Numbered from the stretch's first letter, positions 40,281-50,824 are shown. The stretch: DNA of 64,000 bases from Candidatus Gottesmanbacteria bacterium RIFCSPLOWO2_01_FULL_43_11b (GCA_001780985.1 MFJV01000001.1:300049-364048), one strand, 5' to 3'. The notes: generated by a model not told the origin, from the letters alone. Numbers and translations are program-made.

Positions 40281-42192
40281 ATACTAAACAGGCAAGCAGG
40301 CTCAATACGGATATCAATCCTCCAATAAGAAAGATTTTAGGAATATAGTAAATTCTTACTGTGTGCTTTCCATAGGGAATAAAAAGTGTCCTGAACGCTA
40401 GGTTTCCTTCGACGAGACTTGTTTTTGTTCCGTCAATTGTGGCTTCCCATCCGGGATACATAACCTCACTTGAAACAAGATATCCATCACACGGCGCTTC
40501 AACAGAAACAATGATTTCATTAGGGTTATATTTCTCAACACCCACTTTCCCGGTACACGTTTTATCCGGAGAAGGTAATGCATCCTGTATATATACCGTT
40601 GTCTTAAGATCTGCTACCCCACTCCGAATAAGAGAAGCAACATCGGAGCGAGGAAGAACCACTACTTTTGAAACAAAGAAAAAACGGGGAAGAAAACCGT
40701 CGTTTTTGCGAAACCCCGATGAATCAAAAACGTATTTTACATTTAAGAAATCGAGATAAGGTGAGGAAATATTTAGGTAAGGTACCTGCACATCGTGCTC
40801 GAGAATGCTCGGCGTCACATTTCCGTTGACTGCATCAATAAATTCATAGTAATTACGAAGTAACGTCGAGTCGTATCCTGTTGCATTATAAAACTTGTAG
40901 ATCATGCTGCTATCGAAATCCAAATCTTCGCGCGGAGGGACCCAGACGCCGAAATTGGGTAACATCCGAGTGAGTGTTTTTTCTTTTTGGAGTAGTTCGA
41001 CAAGCTCACTGCTATGGCGTGCTTCCGGTTGTTCTTTTACCTCAATAAAGTGACGACTAAAAACAATCATTTCAAAAACCGCAAAAAGCACAATAAGTTG
41101 TCGCAACCAACGATTCTTCACTAAAGAAAACCCAATTCCTGCAAGCAAACTTCCCCCAAAAGAAACGAGGATGAGATGGCGGGCCGGAATCCGAAGATAA
41201 TGATAGGCTGGTATGATCTCCCAGACGAGTTTATACAAGGGAGTAGCAAGGCTCATAAGTATCCCGAAGACTAAAATTATTAATGCAACTATTCCTTCTG
41301 TTTTACGCTTACTATTTAAAAGCACATACGCTCCACCTATCATGGCAAGAACAAATCCAATTCGTCCGAAAAAGAATGCATGCTCCCAGTAGTTAGGTGG
41401 TGCCCCACTATACGTATACTGATCACCTTGGAGATAGGGATTTACAACCTGCAGCAAATCAACCGGGGTTATTGCGCCGAAACTGCTCCAACTGTAAGGC
41501 TTTTCAAATGTGCGGATGCTTCGCCTCACAAATTCCTGCGTCGGGATAAGAGTGAATGCGGTTAGTCCCAGCGCCAAAAGAATACTAAGAATCAAGTGGA
41601 AGATATTCGTTTTTTTAATACAGGCGAAAATAAGCACTGCCTCAAGAGTTAGTATTGTCATCGTCTGGTAACCGGCTAACAGTTGCAGGGCAAGAATTAC
41701 CGAGGCGCAAACCCAGCTTGATGCGCGTTTCTTTTCCATCGCACGCACAAACATGTAGACGACAAGCGGCATGTAGGATGCGGAAGAAATAAGATCGATG
41801 TGCCCAGCATATATTCGACTTACAAAAAATCCCGACAATCCAAACAGCAAGCCGGCAAACCAAGACCTACTGAGTAAGTACATTCCGCTCATGGCTAGGA
41901 TGAGATGGAGTACAAAACTCACTGGATAGACGACGTTTGCCGGTAGTATGAAAAAGAGCCAGTTGATAGGATAAAACGCATTGGTAATCGGATTTGCCAA
42001 AAAGGGAGTTCCTGCAAAATTGTACGGATTCCACCACGGAATAAATCCTGATTTGATTGACGCTGTTAGATACTGGCTGAAAAAGTAGTAGGACCTGTGA
42101 ATGTCGTCCCCAAAAATAAGAGTACCGTTTGGAGCCGTAAATACCGTCCAAAATATAGTAACGACAATGATGATATACCCTAGAATGCCCAT
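40264..42192 (-). CDS. YfhO-like polytopic membrane protein (glycopolymer glycosylation family)
   Basis: 642 aa. N-terminus FIPWWNPYNFAGTPFLANPITNAFYPINW. Many TM helices plus a C-terminal extracytoplasmic domain and terminal TM helix. Confidence 0.65.
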   Translation of the reverse strand: MGILGYIIIVVTIFWTVFTAPNGTLIFGDDIHRSYYFFSQYLTASIKSGFIPWWNPYNFAGTPFLANPITNAFYPINWLFFILPANVVYPVSFVLHLILAMSGMYLLSRSWFAGLLFGLSGFFVSRIYAGHIDLISSASYMPLVVYMFVRAMEKKRASSWVCASVILALQLLAGYQTMTILTLEAVLIFACIKKTNIFHLILSILLALGLTAFTLIPTQEFVRRSIRTFEKPYSWSSFGAITPVDLLQVVNPYLQGDQYTYSGAPPNYWEHAFFFGRIGFVLAMIGGAYVLLNSKRKTEGIVALIILVFGILMSLATPLYKLVWEIIPAYHYLRIPARHLILVSFGGSLLAGIGFSLVKNRWLRQLIVLFAVFEMIVFSRHFIEVKEQPEARHSSELVELLQKEKTLTRMLPNFGVWVPPREDLDFDSSMIYKFYNATGYDSTLLRNYYEFIDAVNGNVTPSILEHDVQVPYLNISSPYLDFLNVKYVFDSSGFRKNDGFLPRFFFVSKVVVLPRSDVASLIRSGVADLKTTVYIQDALPSPDKTCTGKVGVEKYNPNEIIVSVEAPCDGYLVSSEVMYPGWEATIDGTKTSLVEGNLAFRTLFIPYGKHTVRIYYIPKIFLIGGLISVLSLLACLVYVKNV

Positions 42193-43334
42193 GATGCAGC
42201 GATAACGAGCAATGGATAGAATGGTATAGTCAGTCGATACTCTGCGTGCGTTATACTAAACACTAAGGTTCCGTAAATAACTGTTCCTATAATAGTCCAC
42301 CAGAGCCAATTTCTTCGTGCCCTCCAAAGCCCAAATGCTGCCAGCACTAAAATCGCTAAGTTTAGGGCATATGTATATGCTTTGTGTTGATTAAATCCAG
42401 GTTCTTCGTAGAAAAATACGTTTTCCTTCTGCCACATGTACCACATTTTATCAAGCCGTACTTTAATGTAATCAATCGGATCGTTTTTGATAATTGAAAA
42501 CGCCGAATTCATATATTTTTTTGCGATAGCTTTCCTTTCGTCACTCGTTCTACCTGGATTACGCTCTGAATAAAACTCCATGTACATCTCCCGTAGTCCG
42601 GCAATGTTGAGGTCGTGGGCAAACGGCGGAAGAGTTTTTAGAATAGCTCCGTTCCACAGTTCCCTGGCAAATATGCTATCGACTGTCGTTATGGAAATTT
42701 CTTTATAATCGCGCCAATTTACATATAGCGGATAGATAATGGTGACGATAACTCCCAATAAAATTGCAAAAAAATACTTTTTCGATCGAATAAATAAATA
42801 TGCCAAACCGATCGGAATTGCTGCCCATAAAAACGCAGCATTTCTGGTTTCTGCGGCAAGTCCTGCGGCCAATCCAAAGAGAAATCCAGTGGCAAATTTC
42901 GGTTTTTTAACAAAAAATGCTCCAAACAGAATCGTCGCAGTAATAAAAAATATTGAAAGCACCTCGGAAAGGATCACGCCCACGTAGCCGGAGGTGAAAG
43001 GATTTATTTGGTAGAGAATAAAGGCGATCCAACTGCCGGTCATTAAAAATACCATAACTCCACTAAACGCATCGAGAATTGCCTGCAGGAAAAAGATAGC
43101 TTCGTGATTGCCGAAACCCACGAATTTATACACTGTGGCAAGGAACAGTGGGTATGGATAGGAACGAAAGCTGAAAGATTCTAACATCTGCGGATGAAGG
43201 AAAATTTTAGCTGCGTACCATTCATATTCCGTCTGATCACCCATAAAAGGTTGCGGCGCAAGGCTTATAAACCATAAGCGAAATAGCACACCGGCAACAA
43301 ATATGAGAAAAATAAGCAACACATTATGCTTCAT
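42180..43334 (-). CDS. Polytopic membrane GT-C-like glycosyltransferase (GT39-like), tandem paralogue 1
   Basis: MKHNVLLIFLIFVAGVLFRLWFISLAPQPFMGDQTEYEWYAAKI. PFTSGYVGV motif. Start trimmed by analogy to its paralogue (track ORF 42180..43367). Confidence 0.7.
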   Translation of the reverse strand: MKHNVLLIFLIFVAGVLFRLWFISLAPQPFMGDQTEYEWYAAKIFLHPQMLESFSFRSYPYPLFLATVYKFVGFGNHEAIFFLQAILDAFSGVMVFLMTGSWIAFILYQINPFTSGYVGVILSEVLSIFFITATILFGAFFVKKPKFATGFLFGLAAGLAAETRNAAFLWAAIPIGLAYLFIRSKKYFFAILLGVIVTIIYPLYVNWRDYKEISITTVDSIFARELWNGAILKTLPPFAHDLNIAGLREMYMEFYSERNPGRTSDERKAIAKKYMNSAFSIIKNDPIDYIKVRLDKMWYMWQKENVFFYEEPGFNQHKAYTYALNLAILVLAAFGLWRARRNWLWWTIIGTVIYGTLVFSITHAEYRLTIPFYPLLVIAASWAF

Positions 43335-44550
43335 ATCGAGTAATTCGCCCAATGCCGATTGCCGCAAAAGCGATAATTATTGGGTAAAACGGTATAGTAA
43401 TGCGATATTCAGCGTGACTAATGCTAAAAACAAGCGTCGCATAGACAAGCGATCCGACCATTATCGTATAAATCCAAGTGGCTATGGCACTCCGTTTCCT
43501 CTTCCAAGAAGCAGCTATACCCAAAATAGCCAATACTAAAAGAGAGAGATTGCCTACATATGTCCATCGCCAATGTGAAGAAAATCCCGGCTCTACATAA
43601 AAAAATATGTTCTCCTTCTGCCACATATACCACATCTTATCGAACCTCACTTTTAGATAATCAATAGGGTCACGGAGAATTATATCCCATGTTTTTTTAA
43701 CATATTTTGCTGCCATCTGACGGCGCTCTTGAGTGGTACGTCCCGGGTGTTGCCCCGAGTAATACTCCCAAAACATATACTCTACCTCGTATGGGTAACG
43801 GTAGGTAAACGGAGGTAATCGTTTAAGTACTGCTCCGTTAAAGAACTCTTTTGCAAAAAAACTATCAACGGTCATAATGTTTATTTCTCGGTATTCGCGC
43901 CAATTAGTAATAAGTGGGTATATAAATGACATAAGTAGTCCTATGGTAATTGCTGCAACAAAACGTTTGATGTTGGCAGTACGTAACCAAAAGAGCGCAA
44001 AACCGATGGGAATTACCGCCCAAATGAGAGCCGCGTTTCTTGTTTCTGCCGCAAGACCGGCAATTAATCCAAATACAACGGCCCAAATAATACTTCGAGT
44101 TTTCAAAAGAATCATCCCCGTGCCAATCGTTACTATGATAAAAAAAGCTGACAAAATCTCGGCGAGTAATACCCCAACATATCCTGATGTAAACGGATTT
44201 AATGTATAAAGAAGCTGCCCAATAAATGCCTCTTTTGGTTTTTTCAGTCCATAGTAAACAATGGCATAAATGATAAGGCCGATTGATGCGTCTAGAACTG
44301 CTTGAACGGTAAAAACAGCAAAGTTATTCCAATACCCAAATAGTTTATACATGCCTGCTAAAAAAAGTGGGTATGGGTACGTTCTATAGCTATGTGGTGC
44401 AAGAAACCACTCCGCGCTATAGATTTTAGTTGCATACATTCCATATTCCATTTGGTCATTTATGATTGGCTGTGGAGCAAGGGATATTAACCAGAGGCGA
44501 AACAGGACTCCGGCCAAAAATATGAGCAGGACGAGCATGTTTTTTTTCAT
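43324..44550 (-). CDS. Polytopic membrane GT-C-like glycosyltransferase (GT39-like), tandem paralogue 2
   Basis: MKKNMLVLLIFLAGVLFRLWLISLAPQPIINDQMEYGMYATKI. PFTSGYVGV. Confidence 0.7.
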   Translation of the reverse strand: MKKNMLVLLIFLAGVLFRLWLISLAPQPIINDQMEYGMYATKIYSAEWFLAPHSYRTYPYPLFLAGMYKLFGYWNNFAVFTVQAVLDASIGLIIYAIVYYGLKKPKEAFIGQLLYTLNPFTSGYVGVLLAEILSAFFIIVTIGTGMILLKTRSIIWAVVFGLIAGLAAETRNAALIWAVIPIGFALFWLRTANIKRFVAAITIGLLMSFIYPLITNWREYREINIMTVDSFFAKEFFNGAVLKRLPPFTYRYPYEVEYMFWEYYSGQHPGRTTQERRQMAAKYVKKTWDIILRDPIDYLKVRFDKMWYMWQKENIFFYVEPGFSSHWRWTYVGNLSLLVLAILGIAASWKRKRSAIATWIYTIMVGSLVYATLVFSISHAEYRITIPFYPIIIAFAAIGIGRITRYEA

Positions 44551-46115
44551 TGCCGTCGCAATACCGTAACGTAGGTATTTCGATATACTGGCGTTAAGAA
44601 CGGATAGACTTTTTCAAGCTCTTTCACTCCCCCGTCTTCCCGCTCTTGCGGACCGAAAAAGATCACCTTGAGATTATTTTCTTGCATCCAATTTTTTGCC
44701 TGCTCAACTTTCATTTTCCCGCTGAAAAATTGCTTGACTGTTTCCTTTTTCTCTTCGAAATTAACCGTGTTATCGTGACCGATGTAGACTGTGTTGCCGC
44801 TATAAACCGGCATGTAATTCCCTGCCGTGGTTTCCGAAAGAATAATGTCGTTTCTTTTTGTATTATCCTGAATAAATTTCATTGCTGAAAGAAAGTCTTT
44901 GAGTGGGTACATTACGTATGCACCTGTTGGCACCAGGGGCAGTGTGGCGCGAATTTTATGATCTACAAAATCCCGTTGCCAAAGCCAACTCGAGTACATA
45001 TGAAAAAGACCGATTCCGATTAAGAATATAGGAACTATTTTTACATATTTTAGACGAGTAAAAAGGTAGGCAGCCAAAATTGCAAGAGGTACATGCGGAA
45101 TCATCTCACTAAAACGAAGAGGGCTTTGAGACGGGATAAAACGGAATATCGCAAGGAGCGATATCCATGCAAAAACCCAAGAAATTGCGAGGTTCATTGA
45201 TTTTTCTTTTTTAACCAGTGCCATGATCAGCCCCAAAAGCCCGAGGGGGAGAATTGGGCCGACCGCTTTGATATATTCTGTGTAATCAAATGGTAGAGGG
45301 CGGATAATATCAACCTGCGCGAGTCTATTCCACGGCATAAACGTTGTCATAAGCTGCAGGTAGATAAGTGATGGAATACTTAAGAGAAAAAAGTTTATTA
45401 ATGGTTTTACGTATTTGCGATCAAAAACCGCCATGATACCAAGAGTTGCGTAGACAAAAATGAGGCCCGGCGGGAATATCATCCCTAAGAGAAATCCCAT
45501 GACAGCCGGAAAAACCCAGTTTCTGCCAAAGAACATGGGGAGAGTTAAAATGAGAGCTTGACCTGCAAGAAGGTGCGGAATAAAGGTAATCCGCTGCAAA
45601 CTATCCATGACACTCCACCATGCCATGTACCCTCCGAATCGCCAGCCTCCAGCCTCAAAGACTACCTTCGGCCACGTACTTGCAGTAACTGCGAGCAAAA
45701 ATGCAATCACTTGCCAAGGGAACGATTTAAACGATCTCCGTGCAAATTGAGCAATGAGAAATAACACGGTGGCGCCCAGTACGACTCGTGCCATGTGGTA
45801 AACATCTCCTCCCCGCTCCCACGGCACTCTCACCCACCGGCCTACACGGCCCAGAATAAGATAAAATGCATGAATAAACGATCCCTTATGGGGTTCACTT
45901 GTGTACTGTTCAATGATAGTTATTCTCCCTTCTATCCCCTGCCTTATACGTGAGAGGTAGAAATTATAGTCTGTGGGGAAATTATGAACCAGTTCAAACG
46001 AGCGGTCGGGGCGGAGATTGCTGCGTCGGGATATTTCGTATCCCGTGGGAAGAAGTGAAAAAATGAGAAATGAGAAACCAAGCAGATAAAAAATCCATGT
46101 GTGTTTCCCAGTCAT
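44547..46115 (-). CDS. Polytopic membrane protein of the DYxxYxSxxxQG-type family (putative GT-C-like)
   Basis: PTDYNFYLSRIRQGIEGRITIIEQYTSEPHKGSFIHAFYLILGRV. Confidence 0.65.
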   Translation of the reverse strand: MTGKHTWIFYLLGFSFLIFSLLPTGYEISRRSNLRPDRSFELVHNFPTDYNFYLSRIRQGIEGRITIIEQYTSEPHKGSFIHAFYLILGRVGRWVRVPWERGGDVYHMARVVLGATVLFLIAQFARRSFKSFPWQVIAFLLAVTASTWPKVVFEAGGWRFGGYMAWWSVMDSLQRITFIPHLLAGQALILTLPMFFGRNWVFPAVMGFLLGMIFPPGLIFVYATLGIMAVFDRKYVKPLINFFLLSIPSLIYLQLMTTFMPWNRLAQVDIIRPLPFDYTEYIKAVGPILPLGLLGLIMALVKKEKSMNLAISWVFAWISLLAIFRFIPSQSPLRFSEMIPHVPLAILAAYLFTRLKYVKIVPIFLIGIGLFHMYSSWLWQRDFVDHKIRATLPLVPTGAYVMYPLKDFLSAMKFIQDNTKRNDIILSETTAGNYMPVYSGNTVYIGHDNTVNFEEKKETVKQFFSGKMKVEQAKNWMQENNLKVIFFGPQEREDGGVKELEKVYPFLTPVYRNTYVTVLRRQ

Positions 46116-46140
46116 AAGAAACAGTATACTCTAAAAGTAT

Positions 46141-47244
46141 ATGATTCCAATCCTTGTTGCCATTGCGCTCATTCCCCGACTCCTCTACGCGTGGTACCAC
46201 CCAGGCATCATATTTACTCCGGATAGTGCTATCTATTACGATTTTGGACGGCAACTTTTGTCGAATTTCACCGTTAAATTTATTTTTAACCCGTTCAAAG
46301 CGCCGCTTTACGGAATTGCCAATTTCTTTTCGACACCCGATATCCTTGTAATTCTCCAAATGGGAATAGGCATACTCACAACGATCCTCGTGTACCGGCT
46401 ATCAAAAAATTTTCTTGTCGCCACACTTGCATCATGGAATATGCTGGTGATTCCGTGGGAACGGGCTATTCTCTCTGAGGCTTTCGCAACCGTCTGGGTA
46501 CTCATCTTTTCGTATCTGTTTATCAAGAAAACCAATTGGGGACTCTTTTTCGTCGTGTGTGTTACGGGCCTGTTCCTCCGTACTGCGCTCATGTTCTTAC
46601 CAATTGTTGCATTGATTCTACTTCGCAAGAACAAAATGGCAATTATTTCTCTGTTATGTTACCTTGCTATCATTGTAGGGCTCATAGCACTCAATGCCGT
46701 CAATTGGGGCTACCGGGGACTACAAATAACCAGCGACATTAACTTATTTGGAAAAATTCTACAGTACAATCTGCCCATAGAATCGGCAAAATCTCATACA
46801 TACTTCTATACGATAGTTTCTGACTACCGCACAAAAAATCTTGAACTCCATCCCTATAAACTCCTCGACTACTACGATCCGGATATCTATGTTAATGGTC
46901 AAAAGCTTCAAGAGCTTCGCGCATTTACCATACAAGTTTTAGTTAACTCCCTCCCCCGGTATATCGCCGGCTCACTTTTTGACATTCCGAAAGCGCTCAT
47001 GGAGATTGATCCGTACATTGAAAGTCAACCGCTGGGTTTTTTGCAGAAAATATATGCCATACTTCAAACTATCGCATTTTTTGTCATGCTGGGGGGTCGA
47101 AAATCAGTGACGTGGCTTTTTGCACTCACCCAAGTTCTTGTTGCGGTATTCCTCTCTTATGGGGAATACGGGAGGCTCATTTCCGTTGTTTCACCGCTTA
47201 TATTCGTAAATGGTTACCTGGCTATTTTCAAAAACAGGTCGTAG
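46141..47244 (+). CDS. Polytopic membrane protein (putative glycosyltransferase-associated)
   Basis: 367 aa, about 9 TM helices. It is the only plus-strand gene in a minus-strand block. Confidence 0.6.
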   Translation: MIPILVAIALIPRLLYAWYHPGIIFTPDSAIYYDFGRQLLSNFTVKFIFNPFKAPLYGIANFFSTPDILVILQMGIGILTTILVYRLSKNFLVATLASWNMLVIPWERAILSEAFATVWVLIFSYLFIKKTNWGLFFVVCVTGLFLRTALMFLPIVALILLRKNKMAIISLLCYLAIIVGLIALNAVNWGYRGLQITSDINLFGKILQYNLPIESAKSHTYFYTIVSDYRTKNLELHPYKLLDYYDPDIYVNGQKLQELRAFTIQVLVNSLPRYIAGSLFDIPKALMEIDPYIESQPLGFLQKIYAILQTIAFFVMLGGRKSVTWLFALTQVLVAVFLSYGEYGRLISVVSPLIFVNGYLAIFKNRS

Positions 47245-48630
47245 GAACGGGTATTTTGGACCGTTGTAGACAAAACTGACATTATTGTTTTGAAGATATT
47301 GTTTTGCTTCTTCTTCACTTAATATCCCTGCGAAGAATTTATCGCGGTCAGCAAGCATCTTTTTGCCTTCTTCTTTCGACCACCCCTGATCATTTCCAAG
47401 AGTATAGTTGTGACTATAGAGAAGGAGATTATTTGCAATTTCATAGCTCCCAATAATCAAACTTTCCGTCGGTGTATTTTTGTCAAGGTATTCGAATGAT
47501 TCCATTTGTGCTTTCGTCGGGAAAACAAACGTTGAGTAATTCTTATAGTCAGTGAGAAAATACAGACTTTTATTTAAATCCGAAATATAGACGGGTAACG
47601 AAACGAGAATGGTGGCAAAAACGCCAACCGGAAGCATCCAATGGGATATTTTTTGACTGATATATTTCCAAAAAAGCACTGTGCCATAGGCCATTGGGAT
47701 AAAATACAACCCCTGGAGAAATCGCACCCTATCAGCATGGAAAAATCTGTATCCGAAAAGAAACAGGCCGAGTTGAATGAGAAGCCAATAAAAAATCTTC
47801 CGATGCGTTGGTTTTCGATCAAGAATAAACCCGACCATTCCGAGCCATAACGTAGGTCCGAACGATACAATGTCCCGTAATATCCCCAAAAGGGTGATTG
47901 ATCCTGAGTAAATATATGAATCGAGCCAAATTTCCGGAACAAGCGTATACTTCCTAATAAAAATGTACGTCACGCCGAGTGCGACAGATGAACCTAAAGC
48001 AACCGGAACGGATCGGAGAAAAAGACTTAACACAAAAAGGAGTATGCCGGTTGACACATGTACCATTGCGGTAAGTATTGAGAAAATGAAAAGTAAAGCG
48101 GGTTTTCGTAGGAGGAGGATTGCGAGAAACAAAACCGCGCCAAACACATAGTGCGGCCGGTCAGTGATACGTTCCGGATGAATAATCGAAAAATTAAAAA
48201 ATGAGAGATTCGGGAGAGGTGCTGAGATAAAGGCAAGGAGTGTCGCAAGAAACGTGAGTTGCGGTGAGAATACTCTCGAAAAAAGTTTATAGGTAAAAAG
48301 TACGTATAAAGAGCCAAGGATAACCCTGGTGAGGTGAAACATGAATGGGGCGTTTGCACCTATCCAATCGCCCACTATCCCGGTTGCAATATAGATAAAA
48401 TGAATAGGTGTTATCGGCTGGAAAAACGGAAATGAGCGGAAAATCATTTGGTAACGGCCGTACATACCTTCTTTAATGTAGGAAACGTATTGTATGTAAT
48501 CACTCGAGTACCCGTTCATGCCGGTAAAAAATCGGTCATTCGGCTTTGAAAAATACGGAATAATCGTCGAGAGCATCCCAAGACCGACAAGGATAACAAT
48601 GCAAAGAATAAGAGGTATGTGTTTCTTCAT
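47191..48630 (-). CDS. Polytopic membrane protein of the DYxxYxSxxxQG-type family (putative GT-C-like)
   Basis: SSDYIQYVSYIKEGMYGRYQMIFRSFPFF. Confidence 0.65.
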   Translation of the reverse strand: MKKHIPLILCIVILVGLGMLSTIIPYFSKPNDRFFTGMNGYSSDYIQYVSYIKEGMYGRYQMIFRSFPFFQPITPIHFIYIATGIVGDWIGANAPFMFHLTRVILGSLYVLFTYKLFSRVFSPQLTFLATLLAFISAPLPNLSFFNFSIIHPERITDRPHYVFGAVLFLAILLLRKPALLFIFSILTAMVHVSTGILLFVLSLFLRSVPVALGSSVALGVTYIFIRKYTLVPEIWLDSYIYSGSITLLGILRDIVSFGPTLWLGMVGFILDRKPTHRKIFYWLLIQLGLFLFGYRFFHADRVRFLQGLYFIPMAYGTVLFWKYISQKISHWMLPVGVFATILVSLPVYISDLNKSLYFLTDYKNYSTFVFPTKAQMESFEYLDKNTPTESLIIGSYEIANNLLLYSHNYTLGNDQGWSKEEGKKMLADRDKFFAGILSEEEAKQYLQNNNVSFVYNGPKYPFLRPVFENSQVTIYEYKR

Positions 48631-50111
48631 GGAATTTTTGTTACCTGGTAATAGGTAACCTGCGCATTGGTAAATACCGGCGTAAACTTGAATCCTGCAA
48701 ATGTTTCAGGCATTTTAAGCGTCCAATCGGTCCAAATGAGAGATACGTGGTGATCGCTAATTACCCGAGCAACTTCTTTTTCATCACCAAATGCATAAAG
48801 CGCGTTCATGTCTATTTGTTTTTTGTCGCGTTGATACGTGAGTGTCGGGTGCCCGAGCATCACTCGTTTATTTGAAAGTGCTGGAATAATTGAAGAAATC
48901 CACTCCGGCGCAACCACAAGATCATCAGGATTTCCATACGAATTTAACCAATCTATTGAAGTAACGAGGTCTTTAGTAGGATAGGTAGCAAGCTTCTGGC
49001 TGCTTTCAGAAACCATACTTTCATTAAATTTTATATTAGCGTAGAACGAAGGGATTGAAGTTGCGGCCAAAAGAATGAGCCAAAAAAATATTGATTTTTT
49101 CCGGGATAGCCAGACGACAGCCAAAAATGCAGTCGGAATATAGTAGGCGGCTTGTATATACCGGCTATTACTCATGGGAATGAAATACTGCAAAAATCCT
49201 ATGCCAACAATTGGCCAAAAAAACCAGCCTACAATAAGATCCCACATGATTGATCGTTTCTTTAAAACCCAAGGAACACTAATGAGGGCAATGACACCGC
49301 CTATATTCATGATTTTAAAATATGTAAAAAGATCCAGTGGATAGCGCCACAACGGTTCAATCCGTTTATACTCAGTCCAGGGGAAAAAATTATTTTGATA
49401 CCAGGAAAAAATGAGAAGCGGAATCCCTGCTGCTACAAAAATAAGAAGCGGAAATTTGCGCCGAAGCGTACTGTAAAAAGTGAGCGTAAAAAGAAGCGCG
49501 AGACCGCTTGCAGGATTGGTCCAGCTGGTGAGAAACGCAAAAAAAACTGATGGCCAAAGAGGAAACAAAAGTATTGCTCCGATGAAAAATGTGTTCGCTG
49601 CCAGGTGATGGGGAAGGAAGGTAATTCTTCCCAATGGTTCAAGACCCCGCCAGAAATTGCCGGCGGTCCAAATATTGCCGTCTTGAATGAACCAGAGCGG
49701 CACTCCAATTATCATGAGAGTAAAGGCGAAAAGCTGCAGTGAGGATTTTTGAAAAAGTTTAGTCGCAAGCATAAAACCAAAAATAAGAAGCAGAAAACCA
49801 AAAACTATACGGGCTCCTAAATATACTGTTGGAGTCCAAACACCGGGCGTAAAAAATCCTAAAACTGGGTAAAACGTTTGAACGAAAAGCCGGGGAAATT
49901 GTTCACTCGTAAAGCGCGTCGTGACAAAAAAATTTCCCTCTCTCCCTTGTTCAATGAGGGAAAGATAGTAATAGTAATCAGGTGTGTAACCATGAATGAA
50001 TGGATAAATAGCATGGAGTGGAGTACGCAGAGATAAGAGCCATGTTTCGTGAAGTGAAAGGGTGACTATAAGAAGCGATACGCATACCACTAAAAACCAT
50101 ACATGCTTCAT
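48627..50111 (-). CDS. Polytopic membrane protein of the DYxxYxSxxxQG-type family (putative GT-C-like)
   Basis: TPDYYYYLSLIEQGREGNFFVTTRFTSEQFPRLFVQTFYPVLGFF. Confidence 0.65.
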   Translation of the reverse strand: MKHVWFLVVCVSLLIVTLSLHETWLLSLRTPLHAIYPFIHGYTPDYYYYLSLIEQGREGNFFVTTRFTSEQFPRLFVQTFYPVLGFFTPGVWTPTVYLGARIVFGFLLLIFGFMLATKLFQKSSLQLFAFTLMIIGVPLWFIQDGNIWTAGNFWRGLEPLGRITFLPHHLAANTFFIGAILLFPLWPSVFFAFLTSWTNPASGLALLFTLTFYSTLRRKFPLLIFVAAGIPLLIFSWYQNNFFPWTEYKRIEPLWRYPLDLFTYFKIMNIGGVIALISVPWVLKKRSIMWDLIVGWFFWPIVGIGFLQYFIPMSNSRYIQAAYYIPTAFLAVVWLSRKKSIFFWLILLAATSIPSFYANIKFNESMVSESSQKLATYPTKDLVTSIDWLNSYGNPDDLVVAPEWISSIIPALSNKRVMLGHPTLTYQRDKKQIDMNALYAFGDEKEVARVISDHHVSLIWTDWTLKMPETFAGFKFTPVFTNAQVTYYQVTKIP

Positions 50112-50317
50112 TTCTCTTATGCTACACTAGACTCTGGTGAAACAACAAATACTCCTCTCAATCGGCATATTCGTTCTTCTGGTTCTTACGACATTTGTGA
50201 TTGTCGAATGGTCCCGCCCGCGTGTTGGCAATATCATTCTTCCCGCCGGCGGCACCTACCTCGGCCCCTCTCCAAAACCATAAATTTCTCCTTGAAATGT
50301 GGTATACTTATATTCGT

Positions 50318-50566
50318 ATGAGCCGAACATATCGAACAATTATTACTAAGGATGATGCTGGTTATCATGGGTGGGTGCCCGCACTGCCGGGTTGTCACAC
50401 GTATGGTAAAACAATCGAAGATACACAAAAAAATCTGAAGGAAGCAATTGAAGGTTGGCTTTTAACACGCGAGGCTCGCCATTGGCCAATACCAGAGGAT
50501 ACTCTGATAGAAACTTTACAAACAGTAACTCTTCCGCCTGGATCCTCTCTTTCGACGTATGCCTAA
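50318..50566 (+). CDS. hicB: HicB-family antitoxin (UPF0150)
   Basis: MSRTYRTIITKDDAGYHGWVPALPGCHTYGKTIEDTQKNLKEAIEGWL. Start trimmed to Met40 of the track ORF 50201..50566. Overlaps hicA by 8 nt. Confidence 0.8.
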   Translation: MSRTYRTIITKDDAGYHGWVPALPGCHTYGKTIEDTQKNLKEAIEGWLLTREARHWPIPEDTLIETLQTVTLPPGSSLSTYA

Positions 50567-50786
50567 ATTGCCCGTCGTTACTGCTCAAAAACTCATCAAA
50601 GTTCTCAAAAAGAAAGGGTTTGTGCTCGACCGCATCCATGGAAGCCACCATATATTCGTCCGAACGCGTGATCGAGTCACTGTGTCCGTACCTGTACATC
50701 GAAGTAAAGACTTAGGTCGAGGCATCACCCGATCAATTCTCGACGACGCGCATATTACCCTAGAAGAACTCCTCAAATTTCTTTAA
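50559..50786 (+). CDS. hicA: HicA-family mRNA-interferase toxin (YcfA-like)
   Basis: LIKVLKKKGFVLDRIHGSHHIFV...VPVHRSKDLGRGITRSIL. Confidence 0.85.
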   Translation: MPKLPVVTAQKLIKVLKKKGFVLDRIHGSHHIFVRTRDRVTVSVPVHRSKDLGRGITRSILDDAHITLEELLKFL

Positions 50787-50824
50787 ATAGAGTCCCTAGA
50801 CGCCCTTTTCCTCTCCGGCCCGAT

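Noticed and set aside
50137-50283. 48-aa GTG-initiated ORF encoding a single-TM peptide (VKQQILLSIGIFVLLVLTTFVIVEW...) between the last GT-C gene and hicB
   Set aside because: No ATG start and no conservation evidence. Below the confidence threshold, though a small membrane protein cannot be excluded.
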